Positions 36,265 through 47,453 are shown, counted from the first letter of the stretch. The stretch is 64,000 nt of DNA from Candidatus Sysuiplasma acidicola (GCA_019721035.1 JAHEAA010000001.1:39991-103990), one strand, 5' to 3'. Numbers and translations are program-made. The notes: generated from the letters alone by a model not told the origin.

Positions 36265-38442
36265 TTGGCAAGATCTGACTTTCAGAGAATAGCAGGCTTT
36301 GAGGAATGCGGCCCCCTCAGCATTCTCGGCGTGCATGATTCAGGGAAAGGTACGCACCAGGTGATATGCTTCCTGCCGCTCGCAGTCAGCGCATGGCTTG
36401 AAGACAGCGACGGCGCGAAGATAGTCGATCTTGACAGGGACAGCGTCTCAGGCTTCTTTACGGCGGAAGTGAAGGAAACCGCTCCTGCACCCGGGTTTGT
36501 AGTGTGCTTTGTCGACGCATCAGGTTATACGCACAGAAGGCACGATCCCTACTCCTTCCAGCCCGAGCTTACAGACTTCGACATTTATCTTTTCGAGAAA
36601 GGGGAGCTTCTCTTCAGCCATGAAATGCTTGGCGCACATATACGCGAACGGAACGGCGTGCGCGGTGTCCGTTTCGCCGTCTGGGCTCCAAATGCTGTCG
36701 CAGTCTCGGTCATAGGTAATTTCAACCACTGGAGTGTCGGCATGCATCCAATGTCCAACGTACGTCTTTCCGGTTTATGGGAGCTTTTTGTCCCAGGGAT
36801 AGTGGCAGGTGAGGTATACAAGTTCGCCGTAAAATCAGCCGTCGACGGAAAGGTAAGGATAAAATCAGATCCATATGCCTTCAAAACGGAATTGAGGCCG
36901 CGGACAGGGTCTGTTGTTACGGAACTGGCTTACGAGTGGAGCGATCAGGAATGGATATCCTCAAGAAGCTCTGCCGGCATTCTCTCTGCACCGCTCTCGA
37001 TCTATGAGGCCCATTTCTCGTCGTGGAAGAGAAAGCCGGACGGTTCATTTTTCAACTACAGGGAGACAGGGAAAGAGCTCATCGAGCATGTGAAGCACCT
37101 TGGTTTTACGCACATTGAGCTCATGCCTGTAATGGAGCACCCCCTTGATGCCTCGTGGGGTTATCAGGTTGTCAGTCACTATTCACCTACCGCTAGAAAC
37201 GGGAGTCCGGAAGACCTCATGTGGTTCATCAACGAATGTCACAGAAACGGCATTGGCGTCATACTGGACTGGGTCCCGGCACACTTTCCGGACGACGAAC
37301 ACGGCCTGTCCATGTTCGACGGCACTCATCTCTTCGACCATGAAGATCCGAGAAGGGGAAGGCACCCGGACTGGGGAACAAGCATATTCAACTACGGGCG
37401 CAATGAAGTCAGGAATTTCCTCACATCCAGCGCGCTCTTCTGGCTCGAAAGATACCATGCAGACGGCATCAGAATAGATGCCGTATCGTCCATGCTCTAT
37501 CTCGACTACTCAAGAAAGAAGGGGGAGTGGTTACCCAACAAGTACGGCGGAAGGGAGAATATAGAGGCTATAGATTTTCTCAGAGGACTCAACAGTGTCA
37601 TACACGATAAATTCCCCGGCGTCTTCACTGTAGCCGAGGAGTCGACCGCGTGGCCCGGAGTTACCGAGTCCCAGGCATCCGGGGGCCTCGGGTTTGATTT
37701 CAAGTGGAACATGGGATGGATGCACGACACGCTTGAGTATTTCAGCAAGGAACCTGTTCACAGAAAATACCATCAGCACAATCTCTCATTTTCAATATGG
37801 TATGCATTCAGCGAAAAATTCATACTACCATTTTCGCATGATGAAGTGGTTCACGGAAAATCGCCCATGATAGGCAAGATGCCCGGTGACGTCTGGCAGA
37901 AGTTTGCCAACCTACGGCTTTGCTATGCCTACATGTTCGGCAGTCCAGGAAAGAAACTGCTCTTCATGGGAGATGAGTTCGGCCAGTGGAGCGAATGGAG
38001 CGAAACATCCGGTCTTGACTGGACCCTGCTAACTCATGATATGCACAGGAAACTCCTTCTTTTTGTCCGCGACCTGAACACGCTTTACACGACATACGGG
38101 CAGCTGCACTCGCTCGACAACGATCCACGCGGTTTCGAGTGGATAGATTTCAGCGATACAGATAACAGCGTGTTGTGTTTCATACGGCATGCAGAGGACA
38201 GAAGGAACAGCCTCATTTTTGTCTACAACATGACGCCTGTCCCGCGTTACAATTACCTGATCGGCGCTCCGTGGAAGGGAAAGTACATGGAAGTACTCAA
38301 TTCCGATTCGTCTCATTACGGAGGCAGCGGAGTAGGGAATCTCGGCGGTGTCGTCTCCGGCGAATTTCCGTCACATGGACGGCAGCAGTCGCTTTCACTG
38401 ACGCTGCCCCCGCTGGGCGCTCTGGTGCTGGAATATGTGTGA
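36265..38442 (+). CDS. glgB: 1,4-alpha-glucan branching enzyme GlgB (GH13_9)
   Basis: 725 aa. N-terminal LFEKGELLFSHEMLGAHIRERNGVRGVRFAVWAPNAVAVSVIGNFNHW (CBM48 region). GH13 catalytic regions GIRIDAVSSMLY, EESTAWP and HDEVVHGK. Confidence 0.9.
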   Translation: MARSDFQRIAGFEECGPLSILGVHDSGKGTHQVICFLPLAVSAWLEDSDGAKIVDLDRDSVSGFFTAEVKETAPAPGFVVCFVDASGYTHRRHDPYSFQPELTDFDIYLFEKGELLFSHEMLGAHIRERNGVRGVRFAVWAPNAVAVSVIGNFNHWSVGMHPMSNVRLSGLWELFVPGIVAGEVYKFAVKSAVDGKVRIKSDPYAFKTELRPRTGSVVTELAYEWSDQEWISSRSSAGILSAPLSIYEAHFSSWKRKPDGSFFNYRETGKELIEHVKHLGFTHIELMPVMEHPLDASWGYQVVSHYSPTARNGSPEDLMWFINECHRNGIGVILDWVPAHFPDDEHGLSMFDGTHLFDHEDPRRGRHPDWGTSIFNYGRNEVRNFLTSSALFWLERYHADGIRIDAVSSMLYLDYSRKKGEWLPNKYGGRENIEAIDFLRGLNSVIHDKFPGVFTVAEESTAWPGVTESQASGGLGFDFKWNMGWMHDTLEYFSKEPVHRKYHQHNLSFSIWYAFSEKFILPFSHDEVVHGKSPMIGKMPGDVWQKFANLRLCYAYMFGSPGKKLLFMGDEFGQWSEWSETSGLDWTLLTHDMHRKLLLFVRDLNTLYTTYGQLHSLDNDPRGFEWIDFSDTDNSVLCFIRHAEDRRNSLIFVYNMTPVPRYNYLIGAPWKGKYMEVLNSDSSHYGGSGVGNLGGVVSGEFPSHGRQQSLSLTLPPLGALVLEYV

Positions 38443-38451
38443 GCTGGTGAT

Positions 38452-40386
38452 GTGATGTCTGAGGCCGAAACTATTGTTATTGAAAACGTGGATCCGGAGA
38501 TTGATTGCGGCAGTCATCCGGCGAAGCGCAAGGTGGGCGACACTGTCGTCGTCAGTGCGGATATATTTTCCCACGGAACAGACTTGCTTGCTGCCGATGT
38601 GCTCTACAGGAGAAAGGGACAGAATTCCTGGAAGAGGGCATCGATGGTGCATCTCGGCAATGACAGGTGGAGCGGACATTTCACGTTGGATGCCTGCGGC
38701 CTGTTCCAGTTCACCATTGAAGCATGGCGTGATCACTATTCAACATGGCTGGACAGGCTGAATAGATGGCACGCGGCACATGATGACATATCCCAAGACA
38801 TCAGGATAGGTGCCAGGATGCTGCGCGCCATGTCCGTGAATGCGGGGAGCAGCGGCCAATCACTGTCAGAGGCAGCCGACAGGCTGGAAAAACTGACAGG
38901 CGACGATGCCGTTGTCTTTGCAGGAAGCAAATCCGTCCTCCTGCTTGCCGCGTCCTTCCAGAAGAGGAGCACCACGCGTCTCGAGCAGGAACTGGAGATA
39001 TATGTGGACAGAACAATAGCCGGCTTTGCCAGCTGGTATGAGCTCTTCCCGAGATCGCAGGGAACGGTGCCCGGCAGGTCAGGCACGTTTGCGGATTGTG
39101 AAAGACGGCTTCCGGACATTGCCGCGATGGGCTTCGATGTCATCTACCTTCCTCCCATTCACCCTATCGGAAGAACGGGCAGGCGCGGAAAGGACGGCGG
39201 ACCTTCCCCTGGACCGGACGAACCGGGAAGTCCGTGGGCGATCGGAAACGAGCAGGGCGGGCACAAGTCGATACACAGCGAACTCGGAACCATTGAGGAC
39301 TTCAGGCATCTGATCATAAAGGCGAAATCCATGAACATTGAAATTGCGCTGGATATTGCCTTTCAATGCTCTCCCGATCATCCTTACGTGAAAGAGCATC
39401 CGGAGTGGTTTTATCACAGGCCCGACGGCTCGATAAGGTATGCGGAAAACCCGCCAAAGAAATATTACGACATTTATCCACTGGATTTTGAGAATGAAAA
39501 CAGGAAGGCGCTGTGGGAAGAACTCAGGAGCATCTTCGAATTCTGGATTGATGCAGGAATAAAAACCTTCAGGGTTGACAACCCTCACACCAAACCGTTC
39601 TCATTCTGGAAGTGGGTCATAGCGGAGTTGAGGAAGAAACACCAGGACGTGATATTCCTCTCTGAAGCATTCACTAAACCGAACGTGATGTATGAACTTT
39701 CGAAGATTGGTTTTTCGCAGTCTTACACATACTTCACATGGAAAAATTTCAATTTCGAACTGGAGCAGTATTTCAGCGAGATTTCAGCGCCCGGAATTTC
39801 AAATTTCTTCCGGCCGATGCTTTTCACAAACACGCCGGACATCCTTCCCTTCGTCCTCCAGACCGGGGGAAGGAATGCCTTCATCATCAGGGCCCTTCTT
39901 GCCGCAACGCTATCCCCGCTGTGGGGAATTTACAGCGGCTACGAGCTCTGTGAAAACGATGCGCTGCCGGGAAAAGAGGAATACAGGAATTCCGAAAAAT
40001 ATGAGATCAGGACGAGGGACTGGAACAGCCCCGGCAACATAAAGGCGTATATTGCGAAGTTGAATGAAATAAGGCGAGAGAACGCAGCGCTCCAGGAGTT
40101 CGGCAACATCCGTTTCCATCCCGCCGGCAATCCGAATCTCGTCTGTTACACAAGAACATCGGTCCGTGGCGATAATGTGCTTATGGTCGTTGCGAATGTG
40201 AATCCCTTTGAGGCGCAGGAAACACTCCTGCGTGTGCCTCTTTCTGAGCTTGGTGTAGCCTCGCCCGAAAACTACAGGGTGGAAGATTTGCTTTCGGGTG
40301 ATGTTTATACATGGCATGGCGAAAACAATCTCGTCAGGCTGGTGCCCGGAGAGGCATCGGCACACGTGTTTAAGGTCGTGCAATAA
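38452..40386 (+). CDS. glgE: Alpha-1,4-glucan:maltose-1-phosphate maltosyltransferase GlgE (GH13_3)
   Basis: 644 aa. N-terminal DUF3416-type domain (VVVSADIFSHGTDLLAADVLYRRKGQNSW). GlgE signature around the nucleophile, FRVDNPHTKPFSFWKW. ALDIAFQCSPDHPYVKEHPEWF matches GlgE region 2. Confidence 0.8.
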   Translation: MMSEAETIVIENVDPEIDCGSHPAKRKVGDTVVVSADIFSHGTDLLAADVLYRRKGQNSWKRASMVHLGNDRWSGHFTLDACGLFQFTIEAWRDHYSTWLDRLNRWHAAHDDISQDIRIGARMLRAMSVNAGSSGQSLSEAADRLEKLTGDDAVVFAGSKSVLLLAASFQKRSTTRLEQELEIYVDRTIAGFASWYELFPRSQGTVPGRSGTFADCERRLPDIAAMGFDVIYLPPIHPIGRTGRRGKDGGPSPGPDEPGSPWAIGNEQGGHKSIHSELGTIEDFRHLIIKAKSMNIEIALDIAFQCSPDHPYVKEHPEWFYHRPDGSIRYAENPPKKYYDIYPLDFENENRKALWEELRSIFEFWIDAGIKTFRVDNPHTKPFSFWKWVIAELRKKHQDVIFLSEAFTKPNVMYELSKIGFSQSYTYFTWKNFNFELEQYFSEISAPGISNFFRPMLFTNTPDILPFVLQTGGRNAFIIRALLAATLSPLWGIYSGYELCENDALPGKEEYRNSEKYEIRTRDWNSPGNIKAYIAKLNEIRRENAALQEFGNIRFHPAGNPNLVCYTRTSVRGDNVLMVVANVNPFEAQETLLRVPLSELGVASPENYRVEDLLSGDVYTWHGENNLVRLVPGEASAHVFKVVQ

Positions 40387-40388
40387 CT

Positions 40389-42041
40389 ATGACGGACAAT
40401 CTGTGGTTCAGGGACGCAATATTCTATGAGCTGCCTGTAAAGTCGTTCTACGATTCCGACGGCGACGGCATCGGAGATATAAACGGCGTGCGGATGAAAC
40501 TGGATTATCTGCGCGACCTCGGCGTCGACTGCATCTGGCTCCTTCCGTTCTACAAATCGCCGATGAAGGATGACGGCTACGACATATCCGACTTCTATTC
40601 GGTGCAGCCTGAATACGGCACGACGGATGATTTCAGGAATCTGGTCAGCGAGGCGCACTCCAAAGGTATACGCGTCATAGCTGATCTCGTTCTGAATCAT
40701 TGCTCCGATCAATGTTCGTGGTTCAGGGAGGCAGTCTCAAGCAGGGATTCACCGAAAAGGAACTGGTTCGTCTGGAGCGAAACAGGCACAGAGTACAGCA
40801 AGGCGCGCATCATATTCGTCGATACGGAAATTTCGAACTGGGCGTGGGAGCCGAGATCGAAGCAGTACTACTGGCACAGATTCTACAGCAACCAGCCCGA
40901 TCTGAATTACGACAATCCCGAGGTCCGGGAGGAGATGAAGAACGTCATGCGTTACTGGCTTCGATTCGGGCTTGACGGCTTCAGGTGTGACGCCGTGCCA
41001 TATCTCTTTGAACGCGAGGGAACAAGCTGCGAAAACCTCCCCGAAACGCACGCATACTTCAAAGAAGTCAGGAAGATGCTTGACAGCGAATTTCCTGGAT
41101 GCATTCTGCTAGCCGAGGCAAACCAGTGGATCACCGAAACAAAGACGTATTTCGGAGATCAGGATGAGTTTCACATGGCATTCAATTTCCCCCTCATGCC
41201 GAGGATGTTCATATCGCTTGCAAAGGAGGACTCTTTCCCTATAATCAACATAATCAAACAGATTTTGCCCATACCCGATAAGTGCGACTGGGGAATATTT
41301 CTCAGGAATCACGATGAACTTACGCTTGAAATGGTTACCGACGAGGAGCGTGACATAATGTACAGCGAATATGCGAAACATCCGAAGATGCGCCTGAACC
41401 TTGGCATCAGGAGAAGACTTGCGCCACTTCTTGACAACGACAGGCAAGCCATAGAGCTCATGCACGCCCTCATTCTGTCGCTGCCCGGATCGCCAGTACT
41501 TTATTACGGCGATGAAATAGGCATGGGAGACAACATATATCTCGGCGACAGGAACGGCGTCAGGACGCCGATGCAGTGGTCCTATGACAGGAATGCGGGT
41601 TTTTCCAGATGCGATGCAGAGCAGCTGTACACGCCTCCGGTCATTAGTCCCAATTACCATTACGAGAGCGTGAATGTCGAATCGGAAAACAGGCTGCCCA
41701 CATCCCTTCTGCAGTGGATGAGACGTATGCTGAAGATCAGGCGCCGGTACAGCCAGGTGCTCGGAAGAGGCGATATACGTTTTCTGGAGCACAGGAACAG
41801 GAAGGTCCTCTCATACGTGCGCACGTACGGAGAACAGAACATGATGTGCATTTTCAATCTATCCAGAAAGCCCACATACCTCGAGTTGAAGCTCCCTGAA
41901 TTCGCGGGACTCAGACCAGTCGAAACGATAACGGACGCGCCCTTTCCCAGGATCGGCGAGCTCCCATATTTCTTTACGCTTCAGCCGCATTCGTTCTTCT
42001 GGTTCAGTCTGACCAAGCCGGCGGAGAATGAAGAGGAATAG
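40389..42041 (+). CDS. treS: Trehalose synthase TreS (maltose alpha-D-glucosyltransferase, GH13_16)
   Basis: 550 aa. WFRDAIFYELPVKSFYDSDGDGIGDINGV..LDYLRDLGVDCIWLLPFYKSPMKDDGYDISDFY is near-identical in pattern to characterised TreS. Confidence 0.9.
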   Translation: MTDNLWFRDAIFYELPVKSFYDSDGDGIGDINGVRMKLDYLRDLGVDCIWLLPFYKSPMKDDGYDISDFYSVQPEYGTTDDFRNLVSEAHSKGIRVIADLVLNHCSDQCSWFREAVSSRDSPKRNWFVWSETGTEYSKARIIFVDTEISNWAWEPRSKQYYWHRFYSNQPDLNYDNPEVREEMKNVMRYWLRFGLDGFRCDAVPYLFEREGTSCENLPETHAYFKEVRKMLDSEFPGCILLAEANQWITETKTYFGDQDEFHMAFNFPLMPRMFISLAKEDSFPIINIIKQILPIPDKCDWGIFLRNHDELTLEMVTDEERDIMYSEYAKHPKMRLNLGIRRRLAPLLDNDRQAIELMHALILSLPGSPVLYYGDEIGMGDNIYLGDRNGVRTPMQWSYDRNAGFSRCDAEQLYTPPVISPNYHYESVNVESENRLPTSLLQWMRRMLKIRRRYSQVLGRGDIRFLEHRNRKVLSYVRTYGEQNMMCIFNLSRKPTYLELKLPEFAGLRPVETITDAPFPRIGELPYFFTLQPHSFFWFSLTKPAENEEE

Positions 42042-42044
42042 TCG

Positions 42045-43526
42045 ATGCGCCTGAACGCAAAACAGTTTGAAGACACCGCCCTTGAACAGCTTTCGCAGAT
42101 CATTCGCAGGCAGCGGTGGTTCAGGAGCAAGTCGAAGTCGGTGGATGCCGCAGACCTCGAGGATTTTTCATTCTTTGAGGCCGGGGGCAACTCGTTTGTG
42201 CTGCCCCTCATCCGTTTTGCCTACAGCGACGGAAGCAGCGAAACATACTTTGTCCCCCTCCTGTGCTCCGAACATGAGCATGGTGCGGGTGCGGGCTTCA
42301 GCTTTCATGTTCACGCAGGCGGCAGCGAGGTGCACTTCAGCGATGCGCTCCATGACAGCACATTTGTCCGGTCGCTGCTCTTCCTGATGGAAAGAGGGGC
42401 GACGATAGTATTCGCAAAGGGACGCCTCACAGGGCGCTCCATGATGTATACGGCAAGTATGCAGATAACGGCTGAAGTGCAAACGAAAGTTGTCTCCTCG
42501 GAGCAGAGCAACACTTCAGTAATGATAGGCAACCACTCAATATACAAGAGCTACAGGAGGATCGACAGGGGTATCAATCCCGATTACGAGATGCCGGAGT
42601 TTCTGTACGCGCACACCACTTTCAGGGCGTTGCCCAGGCCTCTCGGGAGGCTGGAATACCTGAACGGGGGAGAACATGCTGTCGGTGTGCTCAGCGAATA
42701 TGTGGAAAATGAGGGCGACTGCTGGACATATTTCCTAAGCAGACTGACAGAAGCCCTCAAACGGGGCGACGGCGTGAAAACCTGCTTTGAGCACGTGGCC
42801 GCCCTGGCAGGCATCACATCGTCAATGCACAACGCTCTGTCGGGCGCCGCACTGCCTGCTTTCACCCCCTCTCCTGTAAATGCCGAGGACATAAACGGGT
42901 GGATGAGCAATTATGAATCGCTGCTTCACTCAACATGCGCGACGCTGCGCAGATCGTCGGGCGGTCTGACGGATGAGGACAGAAAGCTTGCATTATCAAT
43001 TCTGGACGCGGAATACAAGCTGTCGCGGGCGGGTTCCGCGCTCCGTGTGCTCTCTGACGAGCGCGTATGTGCGACGAGGATACACGGCGATTACCACCTC
43101 GGTCAGATTCTGAAGGCAGGAACATCTTTCTTTGTCATAGACTTCGAAGGCGAGCCGATGAGACCACCGGAGGAGCGGAGGCGCATGAATTCTCCTCTGA
43201 AGGATGTCGGAGGCATGCTGCGCTCACTTGACTACGTAATCGGCGCGGCGGCTCGTTCAGCGGGCATCCCGGCCGGGGATGAAACGGTGGAGTCCTGGCG
43301 AAACGGAGCTGCCGAACTCTTCACAGTAAAATACATGGAAGGTTATTCGCCGTCGATGCCGTATCTTCCGTCGCGCTTTGCAGACATGGCAGACGTGCTG
43401 CATTTCTTCCTCGTGGAGAAGGCTGTTTATGAGCTTGATTACGAACTGAACAACAGGCCGGACTGGGTTCATATCCCGCTGGATGCACTCGTGCGTCTTT
43501 CGGCCGCATCCGGGGGCCCCTATTGA
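42045..43526 (+). CDS. mak: Maltokinase (Mak/Pep2), maltose 1-phosphate forming
   Basis: 493 aa. C-terminal aminoglycoside-phosphotransferase-like kinase motifs IHGDYHLGQILK and FVIDFEGEP. Immediately downstream of treS, as in the actinobacterial treS-pep2 pair. Confidence 0.8.
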   Translation: MRLNAKQFEDTALEQLSQIIRRQRWFRSKSKSVDAADLEDFSFFEAGGNSFVLPLIRFAYSDGSSETYFVPLLCSEHEHGAGAGFSFHVHAGGSEVHFSDALHDSTFVRSLLFLMERGATIVFAKGRLTGRSMMYTASMQITAEVQTKVVSSEQSNTSVMIGNHSIYKSYRRIDRGINPDYEMPEFLYAHTTFRALPRPLGRLEYLNGGEHAVGVLSEYVENEGDCWTYFLSRLTEALKRGDGVKTCFEHVAALAGITSSMHNALSGAALPAFTPSPVNAEDINGWMSNYESLLHSTCATLRRSSGGLTDEDRKLALSILDAEYKLSRAGSALRVLSDERVCATRIHGDYHLGQILKAGTSFFVIDFEGEPMRPPEERRRMNSPLKDVGGMLRSLDYVIGAAARSAGIPAGDETVESWRNGAAELFTVKYMEGYSPSMPYLPSRFADMADVLHFFLVEKAVYELDYELNNRPDWVHIPLDALVRLSAASGGPY

Positions 43527-43560
43527 GGCTCCGCAAACATCAAGGCAGGTGTATCTGTAA

Positions 43561-45681
43561 TTGAAAACAAAGCTTGGAAGACCGTATCCTCAGGGCGTTA
43601 CGCTTGAAAACGGCGGCGCCAATTTTGCACTGTACTCTGAGAATGCGACAGGCGTTACGCTCGAGTTGTACAACAGGCACGACAGCGGCACGCCGACCGA
43701 GCAGATAGAACTCCGTGAGAGGGACGGTTTCGTATGGCACATTCATGTTTCCGGCATCAAGCCAGGCGACCTTTACGGCTTCAGGGTGGACGGCCCCTAC
43801 AATCCTGGTACCGGGCAGAGGTTCAACAGAAATAAACTTCTCATTGATCCGTATGCCCGTGCAATAAGCGGCGTCATAGACTGGAATAATGATATTTTCG
43901 GCTATGACATCGGAGACGTCAACGGGGACCTCTCATTCAACAAAAACGACGACGCAGCCTCCGTGCCCAAATCGGTTGTTTCGGACAACGGATTTGACTG
44001 GAAGGGCACAAAGAATCCCCGGCTTCCGTGGAACAGAACGGTAATCTACGAAACGCATGTGAAAGGCATTACGGCGCTGCGGGAAGATGTAGATGTGCGA
44101 TTGAGGGGCACATACAGAGCTCTTGCTTCGCCCCAGATGATTGACTATTTCAAGGATCTGGGCATCTCGGCGGTGGAACTGATGCCTGTCCATCACAGAG
44201 TCGATTCCAAACACCTCGTGGACAGGGGTCTCTCCAACTACTGGGGATACAATACAATAGGTTTTCTTGCTCCCGACATAAGGTATTCGAGCGAGGACAC
44301 TTCAGGGCACCAGATCGTTGAATTCAAGGAAATGGTAAGGGCTCTTCACGCAAACAACATTGAAGTCATTCTTGATGTTGTTTACAACCATACTGCGGAG
44401 GGAAACCATCTGGGCCCGACGCTCTCTTTCAGGGGAATAGATAATTCTGTCTATTACAGGCTGAATCCCGAGAATCCGAGATACTACGTCGACTTCACCG
44501 GAACAGGGAACAGCCTGAATGTCCGCCATCCTCAAACGTTGCAGCTGATTATGGACAGCCTTCGCTACTGGATACTCGAGATGCACGTCGACGGATTCAG
44601 GTTTGATCTTGCATCGACACTGGCCCGTGAACTGTATGCCGTCGAACGGCTCTCCTCCTTCTTCGATGTGATACATCAGGATCCCGTGATTTCCCGTGTC
44701 AAGCTCATTGCCGAGCCGTGGGACGTAGGTCCCGGCGGATATCAGGTCGGCCGTTTCCCGATACTCTGGGCTGAATGGAACGGAAAATACAGGGATGCTG
44801 TGAGACATTACTGGAAAAACGACATCCATAACCTGGGGGAGTTTGCCACGCGCATCGCCGGCTCACAGGATCTGTACGGCAACGACGGAAGGAGACCGAA
44901 CGCAAGCATCAATTATGTCACATCGCACGACGGCTTCACGCTTCTGGACCTCGTCAGCTACAGCCGGAAACACAACGAGGCAAATATGGAAGACGGCAAG
45001 GACGGCACTGACGACAACATAAGCGAAAATTTCGGTGTCGAGGGTCCGACGGACGACGCATGCATCAACGACATGCGCTCCAGGCGGATCAGGAGTTTTC
45101 TCATCACACTGCTGACATCCCAGGGTATTCCTATGCTGCTCGGAGGCGATGAAATTGGCCGGACTCAGCTGGGAAACAACAACGCCTACTGCCAGGACAA
45201 CAGTGTCAGCTGGTACAACTGGGACATTGACGAGAGACGGAGAAGGCTGCTGGATTTTACGCGTCTTATGATACACATAAGGCTGAATTACCATGTGCTT
45301 CGCAGGAGGAAATTCTTCATGGGCGCCCCGCTGCCAGGAACGCAGGTGAAGGACATAATCTGGATGAAGCCGGACGGCGGCGAAATCGGGCAGGAAGAGT
45401 GGAATTCCGGCACAATGGCGATAGCAGCACTGCTGTACGGGAAGGGGATAGAGGACATCGGGTACGAGGGGGATGAGGTCCTGGAAGACGATCTGATGCT
45501 TCTATTCAATCCGGAAAAGACGCCTGTGGAATTCACCATACCTGAGGACTGGTCGTCCCAGGAGGTACTGATAGACTCGGAGGAGGGCAATCAGAATCGG
45601 TATCCGATACCGATGGACTGGAAGAAAGTCACCGTTGCCGCAGGGGGAGCTGCAATACTCAGGGGAAGGAGAAATCAGTGA
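43561..45681 (+). CDS. glgX: Glycogen debranching enzyme GlgX/TreX (GH13_11)
   Basis: 706 aa. N-terminal CBM48 GVTLENGGANFALYSENATGVTLELY. GH13 regions VILDVVYNHTAEGN, GFRFDLAST, EPWDVG and YVTSHDGFTL. Confidence 0.9.
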   Translation: MKTKLGRPYPQGVTLENGGANFALYSENATGVTLELYNRHDSGTPTEQIELRERDGFVWHIHVSGIKPGDLYGFRVDGPYNPGTGQRFNRNKLLIDPYARAISGVIDWNNDIFGYDIGDVNGDLSFNKNDDAASVPKSVVSDNGFDWKGTKNPRLPWNRTVIYETHVKGITALREDVDVRLRGTYRALASPQMIDYFKDLGISAVELMPVHHRVDSKHLVDRGLSNYWGYNTIGFLAPDIRYSSEDTSGHQIVEFKEMVRALHANNIEVILDVVYNHTAEGNHLGPTLSFRGIDNSVYYRLNPENPRYYVDFTGTGNSLNVRHPQTLQLIMDSLRYWILEMHVDGFRFDLASTLARELYAVERLSSFFDVIHQDPVISRVKLIAEPWDVGPGGYQVGRFPILWAEWNGKYRDAVRHYWKNDIHNLGEFATRIAGSQDLYGNDGRRPNASINYVTSHDGFTLLDLVSYSRKHNEANMEDGKDGTDDNISENFGVEGPTDDACINDMRSRRIRSFLITLLTSQGIPMLLGGDEIGRTQLGNNNAYCQDNSVSWYNWDIDERRRRLLDFTRLMIHIRLNYHVLRRRKFFMGAPLPGTQVKDIIWMKPDGGEIGQEEWNSGTMAIAALLYGKGIEDIGYEGDEVLEDDLMLLFNPEKTPVEFTIPEDWSSQEVLIDSEEGNQNRYPIPMDWKKVTVAAGGAAILRGRRNQ

Positions 45682-47438
45682 ACGGCAACAGTGAATGAAA
45701 ATGGTCTGAGTTCTGAGTCGGTTCTGCCGCAGCTCCCACCGTATTCTTTCCATTCAGAATTCAGCTCAATATTCCAGTGCGCTTCATGTTCAAGACGTGC
45801 GTTTGTCCCTGAAAGATTGAATCGCGCTCTCATCTTTCCGCCATATTCAAGAAGCATGATACCGTCGTGCTTGCTGCATTTGAAGTCATTTCTGAGCGTC
45901 GGTATATATCTCTTCCTGAGTGCCAGGAGATCGCGGTAAAGCCGAAGCATCCGGCCGGATTCCTCATCTGCCGTGTTCCATCTGAGTTTCGTCCGCTCGA
46001 ATGTTTCGAGGCTGTTCGGCTCGGGTGTGTCCTGCCAGTGGAACAGTTCAAACTCCTTCTTCCTTCCTTCGTAGACGGTGTTTGCGAAGTTCCTGTCATC
46101 CGTATCTATGAAAAAGAGAAACGGTGCCTTTTCGGCGTATTCCTCCCCCATGAAGAGCATCGGTGTGAATGGAGAGAGCAGAACCGCGCCGGCCGCAAAC
46201 CGCATCTTTTCCGGCGGTACGAGCACACTCAGCCTGTCGCCCTGGGCCCTGTTGCCTATCTGATCATGATTCTGAGAAAAAACGATGAGTTTCTCCCGCG
46301 GCATGCCGGCAAAGGGTGCGCCTCTCCTCCTCGCAAGATGTTTCGAGTATGCACCATCGTAAACAAAACCGTCTTTCATCGCCTTCAGTATGTAATCGGC
46401 ACTGCCGTAATCCTCGTAATAACCGCCGAGTTCGCCGGTGAGCACTGTATGGATGGAATGGTGGAAGTCATCATTCCACTGTGCGGAAATCCCGTAACCG
46501 CAGCTGTCACGTCCCCTGACAACTTTCGGATCATTGAGATCGCTCTCTGCAATCAGGTGCAGCCTCCTGCCTGTCTTCGACGATAATGCATCGACCCTTT
46601 CAGCCATCTCCCTGAGCAGATGCTTTGGCGAACTGTCCAGTATTCCATGTATCGCGTCGAGCCTGAGCGCGTCAAACCTGTACTGCTCCAACCAGTATAT
46701 TGCATTTGAAAGCACAAACTCTCTCACAGGATCGCAATAGGGCCCATCATAATTCAGCCCTGTTCCCCATGGTGTTCTGTATCTGTCGCTGAAAAACGGT
46801 CCGTATTTCGATAGGCAGTTTCCGACTGGTCCGATGTGGTTGTAGACGACGTCCAGAACGACAGCCATTTTTCTAGAATGTGCCGCATCCACGAGATGCC
46901 TCAGTTCGTACGGGCTACCGTAACTGTTTTGCGGCGCGTAGATGTACACTCCGTCATAGCCCCAGTTCCTGCTGCCGTAGAACTGTGCCACGGGCATGAG
47001 TTCAAGCGCTGTGATGCCGAGGTCTGCAAGATAGTCGAGTTTCTCCTCCACCGCAGAGAATGTGCCATTCCGTGTGAATGTGCCCACGTGTATTTCCATA
47101 ATCACGTAATCGCTCAACTCAATGCCCTTCCATCCGTCATCGCTTCCCATCCATCCGGCGGTGTCAACAATTTTCGATAGTCCGTGCACACCGTCTGGCT
47201 GGCATCTGGAGGCGGGATCCGGAAATACACCCTCCCCGTCGATTTCATAACCATATCTCATCGTGTCTTTCAGTGCCGCTGAACATTTCCAGAAGCCTCT
47301 TTCCTCTCTTTCCATAGGCACCTTTCGGCCGTCACCAAGTCTGAGCACAACTTCCTTCTTTCCCGGTGCCCATATCCTGAAGCAGGCATTACCGCCGTCA
47401 ACCAGTTCTGCACCGAATGTCATATCTTCAGAATCCAT
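45675..47438 (-). CDS. treZ: Malto-oligosyltrehalose trehalohydrolase TreZ (GH13_10)
   Basis: 587 aa. N-terminal FGAELVDGGNACFRIWAPGKKEVVLRL. GH13 regions VVLDVVYNHIGP, RFDALRLDAIHG, AESDLND and FSQNHDQIGNR. Confidence 0.85.
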   Translation of the reverse strand: MDSEDMTFGAELVDGGNACFRIWAPGKKEVVLRLGDGRKVPMEREERGFWKCSAALKDTMRYGYEIDGEGVFPDPASRCQPDGVHGLSKIVDTAGWMGSDDGWKGIELSDYVIMEIHVGTFTRNGTFSAVEEKLDYLADLGITALELMPVAQFYGSRNWGYDGVYIYAPQNSYGSPYELRHLVDAAHSRKMAVVLDVVYNHIGPVGNCLSKYGPFFSDRYRTPWGTGLNYDGPYCDPVREFVLSNAIYWLEQYRFDALRLDAIHGILDSSPKHLLREMAERVDALSSKTGRRLHLIAESDLNDPKVVRGRDSCGYGISAQWNDDFHHSIHTVLTGELGGYYEDYGSADYILKAMKDGFVYDGAYSKHLARRRGAPFAGMPREKLIVFSQNHDQIGNRAQGDRLSVLVPPEKMRFAAGAVLLSPFTPMLFMGEEYAEKAPFLFFIDTDDRNFANTVYEGRKKEFELFHWQDTPEPNSLETFERTKLRWNTADEESGRMLRLYRDLLALRKRYIPTLRNDFKCSKHDGIMLLEYGGKMRARFNLSGTNARLEHEAHWNIELNSEWKEYGGSCGRTDSELRPFSFTVAVH

Positions 47439-47453
47439 ATGTAATCACCATCT

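Noticed and set aside
41109-41792. 227-aa minus-strand ORF inside treS
   Set aside because: It is antisense to near-textbook TreS sequence.
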